From the NCBI GenBank assembly GCA_965203295.1, contig CBDBCZ010000019.1, positions 1,952,001 to 2,016,000 of the forward strand: DNA of 64,000 bases. The letters are read 5' to 3'. A program made the position numbers and the translations under genes. Below the pieces are notes generated by a model. That model was not told where the DNA came from. It worked only from the letters and a program-made list of their open reading frames with translations, and did no database searches. Position 1 is the first letter of the stretch, and each line of letters opens with the position of its first letter. The stretch is from Nitrospirales bacterium (GTDB taxonomy: Bacteria > Nitrospirota > Nitrospiria > Nitrospirales > UBA8639). Positions 1-10,708 of this stretch are shown here, in pieces.

Positions 1-434
1 AGTTTCAACAATGTATCTACCCGATACATCATCAAGTTTTTTTGGACGGTACTGATCTCATCAACCTTGAAAGAAATGGCACCTCTCTCCGGACTTTGTT
101 GGTCGAGCAGGGAACCCAAGTCGATCATGGCCACGCGAAGGTTGGCCCCATTTTTGATAAGCGATTTCCTATAATCAGTCTCTATCGGTTGGAGAGCCTT
201 CACTTGATCGTCATTCAACCCAAGCTCTTCCTTCATTCCCAAAGGGGATAAAGACATATGGGATCGCCTCATCCCAGGACCCTTCCCGGGATGCTTGCCC
301 ACCATGCCCGAATGGTGCCGCTTCGCATAGCCCGACTCGCGATCCTCATCGGCAATGGCCACACTCACAAGCGAAATACTCCCAACGAATAGCCCAATCA
401 AACCAACAACCTGCCAAACATAGGTTTTCTTCAT
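1..434 (-). CDS. Spy/CpxP-like periplasmic protein (partial, runs off window start)
   Basis: Manual translation from ATG at 434 (RBS AGGAGG at 445-450): MKKTYVWQVVGLIGLFVGSISLVSVAIA signal peptide, His/Gly/Met-rich linker, then ELGLNDDQVKALQ (LTxxQ-like) helical domain. Not in the ORF track because it is truncated. Confidence 0.7.
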   Translation of the reverse strand, partial: MKKTYVWQVVGLIGLFVGSISLVSVAIADEDRESGYAKRHHSGMVGKHPGKGPGMRRSHMSLSPLGMKEELGLNDDQVKALQPIETDYRKSLIKNGANLRVAMIDLGSLLDQQSPERGAISFKVDEISTVQKNLMMYRVDTLLK

Positions 435-578
435 CACGTTAAGTCCTCCTGAGTTGAATATCTCTTCTTTTCCTGCGAATATTTGGAATCAGGACAATTT
501 CGATACTTCTGGTTTCAATCCTGATGACGTTTCATTATACCAGGTTTTGAGAACATCATGATCAGGAGGACCTTTGGC

Positions 579-1019
579 ATGAATGATCCAACCGATGGAT
601 ATCCAGCGTGGGAAGCCGCCCGACGCTTCTTATTGGATAACGAACCTTCTTTTTGTCAAGACGAGCCAAGCGATCCCCTGACTCTTCAGTTGGAAGATGA
701 AGACTGGACGTTAGAAATTACGCCCCAAGGCGCCCTCATCTGTCAGGCCGGCTACGCCCTTGATGATATGAAGAGCATGCTCTCTGATGGGACAGCGGAG
801 GACCTCGGCAGCGACGAACTCGCTAAGCAAGCGAAATTCTATTTACAGCAAACCATCGCGAAACACCGAAACCGGCTCAAACAAGAAGGGTTTAGCGAAC
901 GGATTGAAATGAATGATGAATACGTCGCGGCCTTTTTTGAAAAGCCGGTTGATCTTCTAAACTTACCAGACCTGGCCGCAACGATTCATCGATACCGTCT
1001 GCAATTTTCCTCTTCCTGA
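579..1019 (+). CDS. hypothetical protein
   Basis: 153-aa ORF from 558; AGGAGG at 565-570 favours the ATG at 579; acidic, no recognised motif. Confidence 0.65.
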   Translation: MNDPTDGYPAWEAARRFLLDNEPSFCQDEPSDPLTLQLEDEDWTLEITPQGALICQAGYALDDMKSMLSDGTAEDLGSDELAKQAKFYLQQTIAKHRNRLKQEGFSERIEMNDEYVAAFFEKPVDLLNLPDLAATIHRYRLQFSSS

Positions 1020-1050
1020 CCACGCCCTAATCTTCCACACCACCCGCTTG

Positions 1051-1557
1051 TCACCAAAAAACATCAGGAGATGACTTCTGAGACCTTCCATGACGCAGAT
1101 GGAATGCTTCCACCACAGGACCTACGAGAGTCGCGAAGTCTTGATATCGCATCTTGATGGCTTCGTGATGCGTTCCTGCGTGAAAAACGATCTCTTCGTC
1201 TTCTGTCAGGGAGCAGTCAACATACACCTCCAACCCATAGAGATTACCAAAGGGAGGGATAGCGCCTACTTCGCAGTCCGGAAATAATCGATTAAACTCT
1301 TCCTCCGTAGCCAATCGGACATGACTCGTTTGAAAGACATCTTTGAGTTGATTGAGGCCTACCTTCCAATTTGATGGCAAGACCGTCATAACAACTTTCT
1401 CCCCTACCATCACCATAATGACTTTCGCCACTTGCTTCCCCGGCACATGGAGAGATTGAGCAGTTTTCAAAGCCGTAATGGCTTCCGGATGCGTGAGAAC
1501 ATCATAGTGAACGTCTTCTTCATCAAGATAATTTTTTAGTTTTTGTGAGATTGACAT
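1051..1557 (-). CDS. YbaK/EbsC family aminoacyl-tRNA deacylase
   Basis: QVAKVIMV, LATEEEF, CEVGAIPPFG, FHAGTH motifs. Confidence 0.9.
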   Translation of the reverse strand: MSISQKLKNYLDEEDVHYDVLTHPEAITALKTAQSLHVPGKQVAKVIMVMVGEKVVMTVLPSNWKVGLNQLKDVFQTSHVRLATEEEFNRLFPDCEVGAIPPFGNLYGLEVYVDCSLTEDEEIVFHAGTHHEAIKMRYQDFATLVGPVVEAFHLRHGRSQKSSPDVFW

Positions 1558-1646
1558 GGCTGCCTCCTCTGGTAAAGGTTTGCTCTTTTATTCGTCTAGG
1601 CATTTCAGCAAAAAGGAGAACCCTCTTCCCTCTCTGAATATTTATT

Positions 1647-1664
1647 GAGCAAAAAATATGCCCA
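1647..1664 (-). promoter_or_regulatory. putative sigma54 (-24/-12) promoter of the ybaK-like gene
   Basis: Minus strand TGGGCATATTTTTTGCT: GG-N10-GC spacing, about 90 nt upstream of the start. Confidence 0.5.
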
Positions 1665-1848
1665 GAAGAATATCAACGCCCACAAGAAAAGAGTAGTATA
1701 TACAAAGAGTTTCATTCTTAATGAGGCTGAAACTCTTCAATGACTTGTTGAATTTTGGGACCAGAACAATTGAAACTTGGGGAACTTTTGAACTATTCCA
1801 CTCTTATCCACCAAAAAGATAAACCTTATTGGCCAGAAGCTTACCCCT

Positions 1849-2479
1849 ATGCGAACTCCACCCCGAGGTATAACCTATAGCATCCTTGATAGGCTGAACC
1901 GCCTCGGCTTGCCGTGCCCTATATCAGGTCCATCCACCCAGCGGCCACCTCTGCCTGAGAACGGGCCGGTGCTGTTAGCATCTGATCACTCGTCATACAG
2001 TGATCCAATGGTGCTGGCGGCCACCGCTGGGCGCCCGATTATTTTCCTCACCGCCCGAGAGGTCTACCAACGTCCATTCCTACTGTGGTTTTGCAAGACG
2101 GTGCAGTACATACCGGTGAGCAGGGGCACTCAGGATGTGGGGGCCGTTCGGGCTATGCTCCGTGCCTTGAGGCAAGGCGAAGTCATCGCCCTCTTTCCAG
2201 AGGGGGGGTATCGATGAATACCGTGAAGAGAAAGGATATTTCGGCATGGGATATTTGGCACTGAAGACCGGTGTACCGGTTGTACCGGCGTCGGTGACAT
2301 GGGACAAAGCCCGGCCTCTCACCCTTGGTCGGAGTCTTCTCACTCCGGGGAAGGCCTTCATTCGATATGGTGCACCAATAATCCTCGAATCTACCGCACA
2401 GCCTAATCGTGAAAACATTGGGCTTGCGACCGCCAGAATCATGTAGGCCATACGTGACCTCAGAGATTCGAAGGCTTGA
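1849..2479 (+). pseudogene. plsC: 1-acyl-sn-glycerol-3-phosphate acyltransferase (PlsC family), disrupted
   Basis: SDHSSYSD (HX4D) and LFPEGG motifs; extra G in the G7 run at 2202-2208; in-frame TAG at 2444-2446 before the likely true stop at 2479. Confidence 0.8.
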
Positions 2480-2562
2480 TCGCTGGGCTCAACAACTGAA
2501 GCCCCACATCCATAAACGCAGAGCGATGAACATCTACCCACTAGAGCATCAACCCCGTCGAA

Positions 2563-4830
2563 TTAAGATGGAGGAATGATTTCTTGTGGTTGCGGTTTGG
2601 TCATGCCGTAAGTTCTTACCAGAACAGCAACTTCGTGAGGATCCGTTGTGGGCGGGGCACAGGTGACTCCGGCGCAGATATACGCGCGAGGCTCTCCTTT
2701 CACACCAAATACTCTCACCGCTCCAGCGACGGCGGGTGGAAGATTGTTGAGGTTGACTGTAGTCGGATCATACACCGCGACGATTTTCCCAGGCCGATAG
2801 GCAGTCAAGGCCGCCATCCAAAGGTCTTGTGTTCGCTGATCCCTTTTCTTTCCAATGACCACGGCTTGGGCTGGCCGATTGAGATGATATTGCACGGCCA
2901 AGGCGTACGCAGCCATAAACCTCCCATAGCGTGGCGCTGAACCGGCAAAGGCTTCCAAAGTTTCTCGAGCCTTCTGTGCGTAGACTTCATGATTAGTCAG
3001 GGAGGTCAACCGATCCAGCACGGCAGCCGCTACTCCATTGGGTGAGGCAGTAGGGTTGTCATCAACATCTTTGAACGGTCTCTGCAATGCTCCTAAAGTC
3101 TGTTTTTCAGGAACGCGATCAAAAAATCCACCAGCTTGGGAGTCCCACAGCGCAGTGATCGCATAATCCATGAGATCTTTGGCGACATGAAGATACCGCG
3201 CTTCTCCAGTGACTTCAAATGCATCCAGAGCAGCGTTGGCTATCTGCACTTGATCGTTGAGCAATCCCGATACCCGCGCACGTCCTTCGAAGTAGGCGTG
3301 GTACATGCCCTGTCCTTCCCGATAAGCCTTTTCGAGTAAGAGGTCGAGGGTCTTAAGCGCGAAGGCTTTTGCCTCTTCATCTTCGAGAACTCGATACACT
3401 TCCAGATAGGCTGAAATGATCATCCCGTTACGGTCAGCATAGATTGTCTGATCAACCAGTGGAGCCTTTCGGGTCAGCCGGGCACGGTAGAGATTCTGTG
3501 TTCCTTGGTGGACGAACGCTGTGACTTTATCAACCGGCATCTTCAACTCTTGGGCAATGGCCCTTGGCGTGGTGGCGATCAACAGAACATTTTTCATACG
3601 GTTTTTGTGCATCTCACCAAGTGATTGGATATCATAGTAGCGAAGGATAACTTCAGCCTCATCTTGTGGAAGAGCCTGCCGAACTTCTTGGATCGTCCAC
3701 GTGTAGTAATCGCCATCATCTTCACGTGTCATGTCCGCATCTTGATGAGCATAGAACCCACCCGTCTCTTGATTTGACAGCACTCTATTCACATACCTCA
3801 TGATTCCCTTGGCCACATTCCGATAGAGGGTCTTTTCAGTGGCCTGGTAAGCACGAAGATAATTCATCAAGAGTTCAGCATTGTCGTAGTTCATTTTCTC
3901 GAAATGAGGGACGGTCCACTGCCGATCGGTCGCATACCGGAAAAATCCTCCCCCCAGGTGATCGTACACCCCACCATGGGCCATGGCATCTAAGGTTTTC
4001 GTGACAACCTCCAGCATCTTCGGGTCCTGATGAACAAAATATCTGGCCAGCGCCAGCTCAATGGCACTCCCTGCTGGAAATTTCGTACTGGTGCCAAAGC
4101 CCCCATTCACGGGATCAAACTCCTTGACCATACTGGTCGCCGCAATCTGTGCAAGTTCCTCAGAGATACGGCCCTTCTGAATGGAATTCGGCCCAAACTG
4201 GAATAGCATACTTGCAAGTTGCGCGGCACTGGCCTCAACTTGTGACCTCCCGACGGTGTAGACCCGAGCCAACTCTGGCAAGAGCGACTTTAATCCCACT
4301 CGCTCTCCGCGTGTGGCTGGCGGAAAATACGTACCGCCATAAAAGACGTGGCCTTCCGATGTGAGAAACGCTGTGAGCGGCCAGCCGCCTTGGCCCGTCA
4401 ACGCCTGGACCGCCTCCTGGTATCGACGGTCAATATCAGGCCTTTCATCCATATCAACCTTGATGGCCACAAAATGTTGGTTAATGAGGCTGGCAATCTC
4501 CGGGTTCTCATACGATTCTGCATCCATGACATGACACCAGTGGCACCAAACCGCGCCAATATCTAAAAGGATGGGCCTGTCTTCTTGTTGAGCTCGTTGA
4601 AAGGCCTCTGGACCCCAAGGAAGCCAGTGTACGGGTTGGTGCGCGGCTTCCCGTAAGTAGGGGCTGGCTTCCCCCGCCAACTGATTCCCTATTGGTTCAG
4701 CAATCGTTGGTACCGATGTCGGCAGCCCCTGTTCGGCGGCAACAGTCCCTACAGGAGAAGGCCAAAGGCCCACACACATAGCGATCCACACCCCTGCCAA
4801 CAGACTACTTCGAAGAATCCCGATCGTCAT
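2563..4830 (-). CDS. thioredoxin-domain protein, YyaL/SSP411 (DUF255) family, with signal peptide
   Basis: NQLAGEASPYL, WCHWCHVM, GGWPLT, GGGFFRYATD, PHFEKMNYDNA motifs. Confidence 0.92.
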   Translation of the reverse strand: MTIGILRSSLLAGVWIAMCVGLWPSPVGTVAAEQGLPTSVPTIAEPIGNQLAGEASPYLREAAHQPVHWLPWGPEAFQRAQQEDRPILLDIGAVWCHWCHVMDAESYENPEIASLINQHFVAIKVDMDERPDIDRRYQEAVQALTGQGGWPLTAFLTSEGHVFYGGTYFPPATRGERVGLKSLLPELARVYTVGRSQVEASAAQLASMLFQFGPNSIQKGRISEELAQIAATSMVKEFDPVNGGFGTSTKFPAGSAIELALARYFVHQDPKMLEVVTKTLDAMAHGGVYDHLGGGFFRYATDRQWTVPHFEKMNYDNAELLMNYLRAYQATEKTLYRNVAKGIMRYVNRVLSNQETGGFYAHQDADMTREDDGDYYTWTIQEVRQALPQDEAEVILRYYDIQSLGEMHKNRMKNVLLIATTPRAIAQELKMPVDKVTAFVHQGTQNLYRARLTRKAPLVDQTIYADRNGMIISAYLEVYRVLEDEEAKAFALKTLDLLLEKAYREGQGMYHAYFEGRARVSGLLNDQVQIANAALDAFEVTGEARYLHVAKDLMDYAITALWDSQAGGFFDRVPEKQTLGALQRPFKDVDDNPTASPNGVAAAVLDRLTSLTNHEVYAQKARETLEAFAGSAPRYGRFMAAYALAVQYHLNRPAQAVVIGKKRDQRTQDLWMAALTAYRPGKIVAVYDPTTVNLNNLPPAVAGAVRVFGVKGEPRAYICAGVTCAPPTTDPHEVAVLVRTYGMTKPQPQEIIPPS

Positions 4831-4893
4831 TCATCACCTCAGGCTATGCCATGGCACTCAATACATGCTGAATTCCCATGATACCCATCTCGA

Positions 4894-5415
4894 CTATTGC
4901 AGGAGCGATTCAGCATCACGTGTGAATACCTCTTCTGTCTGTGGGCCAAAGTATCGTTTCCGGATGAGTCCCATTCGGTCAATCAACAAGCTTGTTGGAA
5001 AGCCCATAACACGGAAACGTTGTTTCACCAAGGCAAGGTTACCCTGCCAAACCGTATAGTCCATTCCAACCTCAGCCATGAATGCTCGAATATCGTCGGG
5101 ATACCCCGAATCCAGGGCAATGCCCACCACTTCCAGGCCTTTGGGTTTCAACTGATGCGACAGACGGACAAGGTGGGGGATCTCCTGAAGACAGGGCCCA
5201 CACCATGTTCCCCAGAAATTGATGAGCACCACCGTTCCCCTCAAATCTGACACCGTCACAGAGGTTCCGTTCAACTGTTGAAATGGGACTTCCGAGACTG
5301 ACTGGAGGGGGGGCAAGGCCGTGGCATGGGTGATGGGGAGGAGACTCGCCATCACCACGAATACGCCTATGGCTATTGCTGGAATATGAGGTAACAAGGG
5401 ACAACCTCCTGACAC
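4894..5415 (-). CDS. TlpA/ResA family thiol-disulfide oxidoreductase
   Basis: INFWGTWCGPCLQEIP motif; N-terminal membrane/signal segment. Confidence 0.9.
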   Translation of the reverse strand: MSGGCPLLPHIPAIAIGVFVVMASLLPITHATALPPLQSVSEVPFQQLNGTSVTVSDLRGTVVLINFWGTWCGPCLQEIPHLVRLSHQLKPKGLEVVGIALDSGYPDDIRAFMAEVGMDYTVWQGNLALVKQRFRVMGFPTSLLIDRMGLIRKRYFGPQTEEVFTRDAESLLQ

Positions 5416-5538
5416 TCAAATAATAAGGTATTTGTACGCTTGCCCTATTAGGAGATCAAGCCCCACGAGCCAGCCTGCGGTAAAACAAATAACCCTCTGA
5501 ATGTGGAAGTTCAGGCAGAGGCGGATGGTTTCTGTTTT

Positions 5539-5812
5539 GTCATGCCCGCAATGGTTAGCGGGCATCCAGGACGTTTAGTTAAATCGTTTTTATTTGAGCG
5601 GGGTTTCGGCCCCGCACGCCGAGGTCCTTTTGTTTCGGCAAAAGGACCCCAAACCATTCCCGCCCGCGCCTGGCCCTACGGGTCTCCTTCGTCCCAGCAC
5701 CGAATCACATGGCTGCAGAACTCGCTCCGCTCAGACAGTCTTCGCCGAGTTGTCAGATTCGGCGCTGGGATTCAGCCACGCGCAAGGCGGAATGCGCAGA
5801 CTCAAAAAAGGA
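5539..5812. repeat. REP-like dispersed repeat (family A), copy 1
   Basis: High identity by eye to 42599-42872; hairpins gtcatgcccgc..gcgggcatcc and ggtccttttg..caaaaggacc; partial third copy at about 5847-5930. Confidence 0.85.
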
Positions 5813-5974
5813 CACAAATGTTTTAAAACCGCGTACAATTTTCACCGTCATGCCTGCAGGCTTTAGTTGGCATCCAAGTTGTTTGTTAACAAGTCTTTAT
5901 TTGAGAGGGCTTTCGGCCCGGCGAAGCAGAACTGTGAACAAGAAACTCTGATCTTTAAACTTTAAACTCGAAAT

Positions 5975-6033
5975 CTTAAACTTGAAACTCTCTTGCCCGA
6001 CATTGTCTGAAAGATCAAATCCAAGTCTATACA
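5975..6033. repeat. right end of MITE-like family B
   Basis: cttgaaactctcttgcccgacattgtctgaaagatcaaatccaagtctatacac resembles 34557-34609 and 42870-42890. Confidence 0.55.
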
Positions 6034-6061
6034 CTTTAAACTTGCTGAGAATTCCAGCTCT

Positions 6062-6433
6062 CTACTCATCGTTGGGAAGTTCTTCAATGGCATCCATTTT
6101 TTCTTGATAAAAGGCAAGATGATTCTTGATTTCGGCAACAGACTCAAGGGGAGCCTCATAGGTCCAGACAACATTCTCCGCGGTTTTGTTATTCGCGCTT
6201 AACGTAAAGTAAGAAGCATCACCTTTAAACGGGCAATGAGTGGAGTGAGTAGTCGGTTGAAGATAGGACATGGTGACGTCGTCACGTGGGATGTAGGGTA
6301 CTGGAGGCAAGGGACCCTCGCGGAGCACCAGTGCTTGCTTGGTATCGGCAATAACCGTCCCATTAAATGTCACCTTCACACGATTCGGATTCTTTTCAAT
6401 TGCTATCGCATGCGCACCACTTGGGGATTTCAT
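6062..6433 (-). CDS. DUF427 domain-containing protein
   Basis: YIPRDDV, THCPFKGDASYF, VWTYEAP motifs. Confidence 0.9.
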   Translation of the reverse strand: MKSPSGAHAIAIEKNPNRVKVTFNGTVIADTKQALVLREGPLPPVPYIPRDDVTMSYLQPTTHSTHCPFKGDASYFTLSANNKTAENVVWTYEAPLESVAEIKNHLAFYQEKMDAIEELPNDE

Positions 6434-6716
6434 AACATTCGCTCTTTTCCTGACTCAAAGCTGGAGGTTGATAATATTTCTGTTATCAAGATGGTCACTC
6501 ACAATGAGAACTGATTTGCTGTCTATTCTTTTCTGATCAATAATCCTGCAAGAAGGTTTCAGCCCTAATAAGAGGCAAGCATTGTCATACCATATAAGGT
6601 CTGATTTATCTTCTCAACATATAATCCAATAAACGCCGTGGATTGACCAATACCCACAAAAGGCGACACAATAAACTATAGGAGCACAATCCTTTACCCT
6701 TTCAAGGAACCACGTC

Positions 6717-7157
6717 ATGGGATCTGTGATATTTCACCTTGCCTTTCCAGTGAATGATTTGGAAGAGGCCAAAAGATTTTATGTCGAGGGTTTAGGCTGC
6801 ACGCTTGGACGTGAATCCAAGGTTGCTCTCACCCTCAACTTGGCTGGCCATCAGATCATCGCACAACTCACCAAAGACCCTCTTCAAAAACAGAAGAGCA
6901 TCTATCCACGTCATTTCGGTCTCGTGTTTACGTCGGAAGACGATTGGAAAAAGTTGGTGGAACGCGCCAAAATGAAGAACTTACACTTTTACCAGGAACC
7001 GCGAACCCGTTTTTCTGGTTCCAGGCTTGAACACCAAACTTTCTTTCTGGAAGATCCTTCCCACAATCTTTTGGAGTTCAAGCATTATACCTATGAGTCA
7101 GCAATCTTTGGGGAACGCGAGTTTTCTGAGGTGGGAGATCAACGCGAACCGCGATAG
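6717..7157 (+). CDS. VOC/glyoxalase family protein
   Basis: FHLAFPVNDL, PRHFG, FFLEDPSHNLLEFK. Confidence 0.9.
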   Translation: MGSVIFHLAFPVNDLEEAKRFYVEGLGCTLGRESKVALTLNLAGHQIIAQLTKDPLQKQKSIYPRHFGLVFTSEDDWKKLVERAKMKNLHFYQEPRTRFSGSRLEHQTFFLEDPSHNLLEFKHYTYESAIFGEREFSEVGDQREPR

Positions 7158-7269
7158 TTCTGTACCATGACCAAACTGAACCATCATCGCTCCTTGTTGA
7201 TGGCTCACAGGATTCTGGCCTTCAAGTCGACATACTTTAACACTACATTGGTGACATCACGGAGTTTTT

Positions 7270-7506
7270 TCATTTCCGGAGACGTGTCATTAATGATCCA
7301 CAATTTATCAAAGATTGATCACTTTGGACTTGACCGATCCCCAAAACCACTTCTGTAAGCACGGGATAGTCAATGTCTGAAGAGGTCTCTATATTATGAA
7401 GTGCCTTCTCTAGATAGTTAAGAAGAGGTGTGATGGCCGCTGAGTCTCCAGTTTGTGTACCCACATGTCCCAGCCCTTTGGCCGCGAGGTGTCCCAGCAT
7501 CGGCAT
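7270..7506 (-). pseudogene. HEAT-repeat-like protein fragment
   Basis: AAKGLGHVG..DSAAITPLLNYL and VVLGIGQV resemble PBS-lyase HEAT repeats; abuts an IS remnant. Confidence 0.35.
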
Positions 7507-7549
7507 ATAGCCCCGCTCCCCCTTCTACGTCCATTGGGCTTCCCGCTTC

Positions 7550-7967
7550 TCTGCCACAATCTGCGTCGCATCGGCACTGGGAGCACGGGTAATCGCAGCA
7601 CCCCCCGTAACCCCGCGTCCTCGCGAATCTGGCGCAGGTCTTCGCGGGTCCGTCCCCTACCATGCAACATCAGCAGCAGGGGCTCGACAAATTAGGAGGG
7701 GTGATACCCGACTGGGCTCCCTGGCCCGGGCAAGGACGCATCGAGTTGCCGGGGCACATTCATCGCATGAAGAAACTCCCCGAACAGCGCTAGGCCCCAA
7801 TGGACCGTGAGTTGCTCCGCGGTGCGATCTAACTTGAACGGTAAAACGGGTTATATCATCATTCGTATCACCTCGTTGGTGAGGAGTGGCTAAGTGGGTA
7901 GGCACCCGTATCTTAGCAAATCAACGAGGGTTTTTTATGCCAGAAATAAATCCATCTCGGATTTAGG
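7550..7967 (-). mobile_element. degraded IS1380-family element (left end plus transposase N-terminus)
   Basis: Manual translation: MI*PVLPFKLDRTAEQLTVHWGLALFGEFL..LPGPGSPVGYHPS*FVEPLLLMLHGRGRTREDLRQIREDAGL, with two stops. Candidate end CCTAAATCCG at about 7967 resembles IS1380 CCTAGATTC-type ends. Locally GC-rich. Confidence 0.75.
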
Positions 7968-8166
7968 GTACTAGCCTACCTTTGACAGTTTTAACAATTA
8001 GGTTCAGACTTTTGATGTCGCTGTTTCTGTGTGACCATTCGTCTTTCCTAACTTCTGTCACTCCAGAACATATCTAGAAAGGCAGAACTCAAGCGACTAC
8101 AGTTTCAAAAAGCAAACAAGAACATGAACGCTGTTGAGTTGTCACCATCCACGGAAGGAGAACATC

Positions 8167-8616
8167 ATGAAGCTGCGATTTGTTATTCTCGGAATACTTA
8201 TGCTTACCCTGCTGGTTTGGAGTACATGCGATTCAGGCCAGTACGGGAAAGAATCGAAAACAGAGCCAAAGGCTAAGAGCGAAACCATGCCCATGGCGGA
8301 GGCTCCGAGCGCTGAGGAAACATCCGTTGTGGAAGGGGCGTTTATGGCACCAGAGGGAGCCGGCGGCGCAGCGGAAAACGATGAAGGGGTCAGCCATTAC
8401 AAACAAGGTCATTTTGATGTGGCTCAAGAACACTTTTCTAAAGCATTAGCCGCCAATGGAACCCTTGCTGAAGCTCATTACAATCTTGCACTCGCCCTCG
8501 ATAAACTAGGAAAGCATGGCGAAGCTACGGCACATTTTAAAATGGCTTTGGAGCTCGCCCCGGAAGATCCGAAAATAAGAGATTCCGACATTCTCAAGAC
8601 TCACGTCGGCGGGTAA
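8167..8616 (+). CDS. exported tetratricopeptide-repeat protein
   Basis: RBS AAGGAG before the ATG at 8167; signal-like N-terminus; TPR motifs (AEAHYNLALAL, HFKMALELAPED). Confidence 0.85.
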   Translation: MKLRFVILGILMLTLLVWSTCDSGQYGKESKTEPKAKSETMPMAEAPSAEETSVVEGAFMAPEGAGGAAENDEGVSHYKQGHFDVAQEHFSKALAANGTLAEAHYNLALALDKLGKHGEATAHFKMALELAPEDPKIRDSDILKTHVGG

Positions 8617-8932
8617 CACACAATATCCTCATAGTCCGCGTTTCCTGCTCGAGGAGCATTTTCATCTTCAGGGTATTAGGGACTAGCTTGGTATTGTACT
8701 GCGTCCCCGAAGACAAAAATGGAACTCATGCATCATCGAGTCAGACAAATTTAAGTATTTTCCTAGAGTGGTATCAAATGAATCTTGGTTCGAGTTCGAC
8801 TCTAAATTCTCCATTGCGAATGACTCTACATGCCAATTACTGATGAAAACCAGCCACGCTATTGCCTGATCTCCCTATATTGTACCTCCGTCCCATCAGA
8901 CAGCACACATAGAATATCGTAGCTTAGGTGTG

Positions 8933-10708
8933 TTAAGACTGAGAGGTTGGCTCAATGATACGAAACCTGATTTCGTCGGCGTGCGTATAGGCGTTCGCTT
9001 GATCTCCGACAAATAACCCACACCAGTGGAGGCCTGGTGTCCACCCGGTATCGGGAGGATAGATGACAAAGTACCCGGTTTGGTCATTCATGGTCATGAC
9101 GACCTGGTTCTCGGCTAAGGCGTTTTGATTTTCCGTAATCTTGGATGTTTCAAGAAAACATTTTGCGGTAAGTGGAACATCCTGAAAGGAGGCCGACACG
9201 AGTCCAAAAACCAAGTAAATCTCTTCCTGGCTTGCGGGAAAGGTATCACCGGGATCGATGGGCATAAATTCATGGGCACCACCTGGAAGATCATCACGCA
9301 TGACTTGACGGGACGGGATGACAAATCGAAACCAACTGTAATCGGAGTCTCGCCCCATCAGTGCTGTCCTCGCGGATAGTGGCTGCTGAGGCTTCATCCG
9401 TTCTGCTGCGAGTTTTTTATAGAGTTCTTCTTCAGTCATGGCGGGGATGCTGGAAGGATCGACAGTCTGGATGTTTTTCATCGCATCAAGCTTTTGGAGT
9501 TCGTCTTCGGGAATATTTTGCCGAGCCTTCTCTATCCACTTGACCAGTTTCTCCTTAGACAGAATCGTTATTCCACCCTTCGCCGGAACATCCTTAGTCC
9601 CTTCTTCAAATTCAACGGCAGCGGCATAGAGAGTTTCAAAATGGTATAAGGCTTCCGGCCACCGTTCCAACTCTGTCAGACATTGGCCTACACGAAAAAA
9701 CGTATCCGCATACATTTCGTCAGATCCCTTCATGCTAAGCACTTTTTGAAGGATGGGGACAGCTTCCTCGCACTGACCAAGCTCCATTAAGGTGACTCCG
9801 AGTTCAAGATGCGCTCGAGAATCATTAGGGTTAAGAGCGACAGCTCTTCGATAGAGCACCTCGGCCTCTTCATAGCGATGCGCCTCAAAAGATTTCCAGG
9901 CCTCCGTACGAACGAATGCCCATTCCTTACGCTCCGCGGCTGTCCCTCCTGGACTAAAAACGTACTCATAACGTCGGCCCCGTTCTTTGGTGGTCCCGTA
10001 GAACTCCAGCATCAGATTCCGTGCAGCGGCTACTTCGGGGGAATTGGGCGGTACCGTTTTCAAGACGTCTTGGATCTCATCACGTGCCCCCTCAGCATCT
10101 AACACATCAAAACGGGCCCTAGCCAACGCCAACCGCCACCCTGGCAAATCCGAAACCAGTTCCACCGCCTTCTGATACGCTACGAGAGACTCCTCCAAGC
10201 GATCACGTTTTCGGAGTTCTTGCGCCAACCGCATATAAACCAAGGGATTGGTGACATCTTGCTGGACGATGCGTTGCAACTCGGCAATGGCTTGATCGTC
10301 TTGTCCCGTTCGAAGCAGCACACTCCACTTGGCCCATCGTACGTCCAATGCCTCAGGTGCCTTCTGGAGAACAGACTCATAGACCGCCACGGCTTCTTGG
10401 GAACGACGGGATGTGGCAAGAATATGGCCACGCAGCTTTTGTAAGGTGAGCAATTCAGGATTGTCTCGAATTCCCTGGTCGAGAGTATCCAGTGCCCGAG
10501 TTGGAGCACCCTCCATCCAGGCGGCTCTTGCGTGATCAGCGACCCCATTCGCAGAGTTGACCGATTGATCTTGCGCGAAGATCCACGAACTTGTCGACAG
10601 GCTCATGAGAAACATCAGGCAAAGAATACCCTTGTGGCTTCTTTGGAGTCTCTTCAGTCGGACAAAAGATGTTTTTATATAGGAGCCCGAGTAGTTATTC
10701 ATAACCAT
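8933..10708 (-). CDS. large exported TPR protein
   Basis: Multiple TPRs (AEVLYRRAVALNPND, AHLELGVTL); hydrophobic N-terminal segment; beta-rich C-terminal domain. Confidence 0.85.
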   Translation of the reverse strand: MVMNNYSGSYIKTSFVRLKRLQRSHKGILCLMFLMSLSTSSWIFAQDQSVNSANGVADHARAAWMEGAPTRALDTLDQGIRDNPELLTLQKLRGHILATSRRSQEAVAVYESVLQKAPEALDVRWAKWSVLLRTGQDDQAIAELQRIVQQDVTNPLVYMRLAQELRKRDRLEESLVAYQKAVELVSDLPGWRLALARARFDVLDAEGARDEIQDVLKTVPPNSPEVAAARNLMLEFYGTTKERGRRYEYVFSPGGTAAERKEWAFVRTEAWKSFEAHRYEEAEVLYRRAVALNPNDSRAHLELGVTLMELGQCEEAVPILQKVLSMKGSDEMYADTFFRVGQCLTELERWPEALYHFETLYAAAVEFEEGTKDVPAKGGITILSKEKLVKWIEKARQNIPEDELQKLDAMKNIQTVDPSSIPAMTEEELYKKLAAERMKPQQPLSARTALMGRDSDYSWFRFVIPSRQVMRDDLPGGAHEFMPIDPGDTFPASQEEIYLVFGLVSASFQDVPLTAKCFLETSKITENQNALAENQVVMTMNDQTGYFVIYPPDTGWTPGLHWCGLFVGDQANAYTHADEIRFRIIEPTSQS

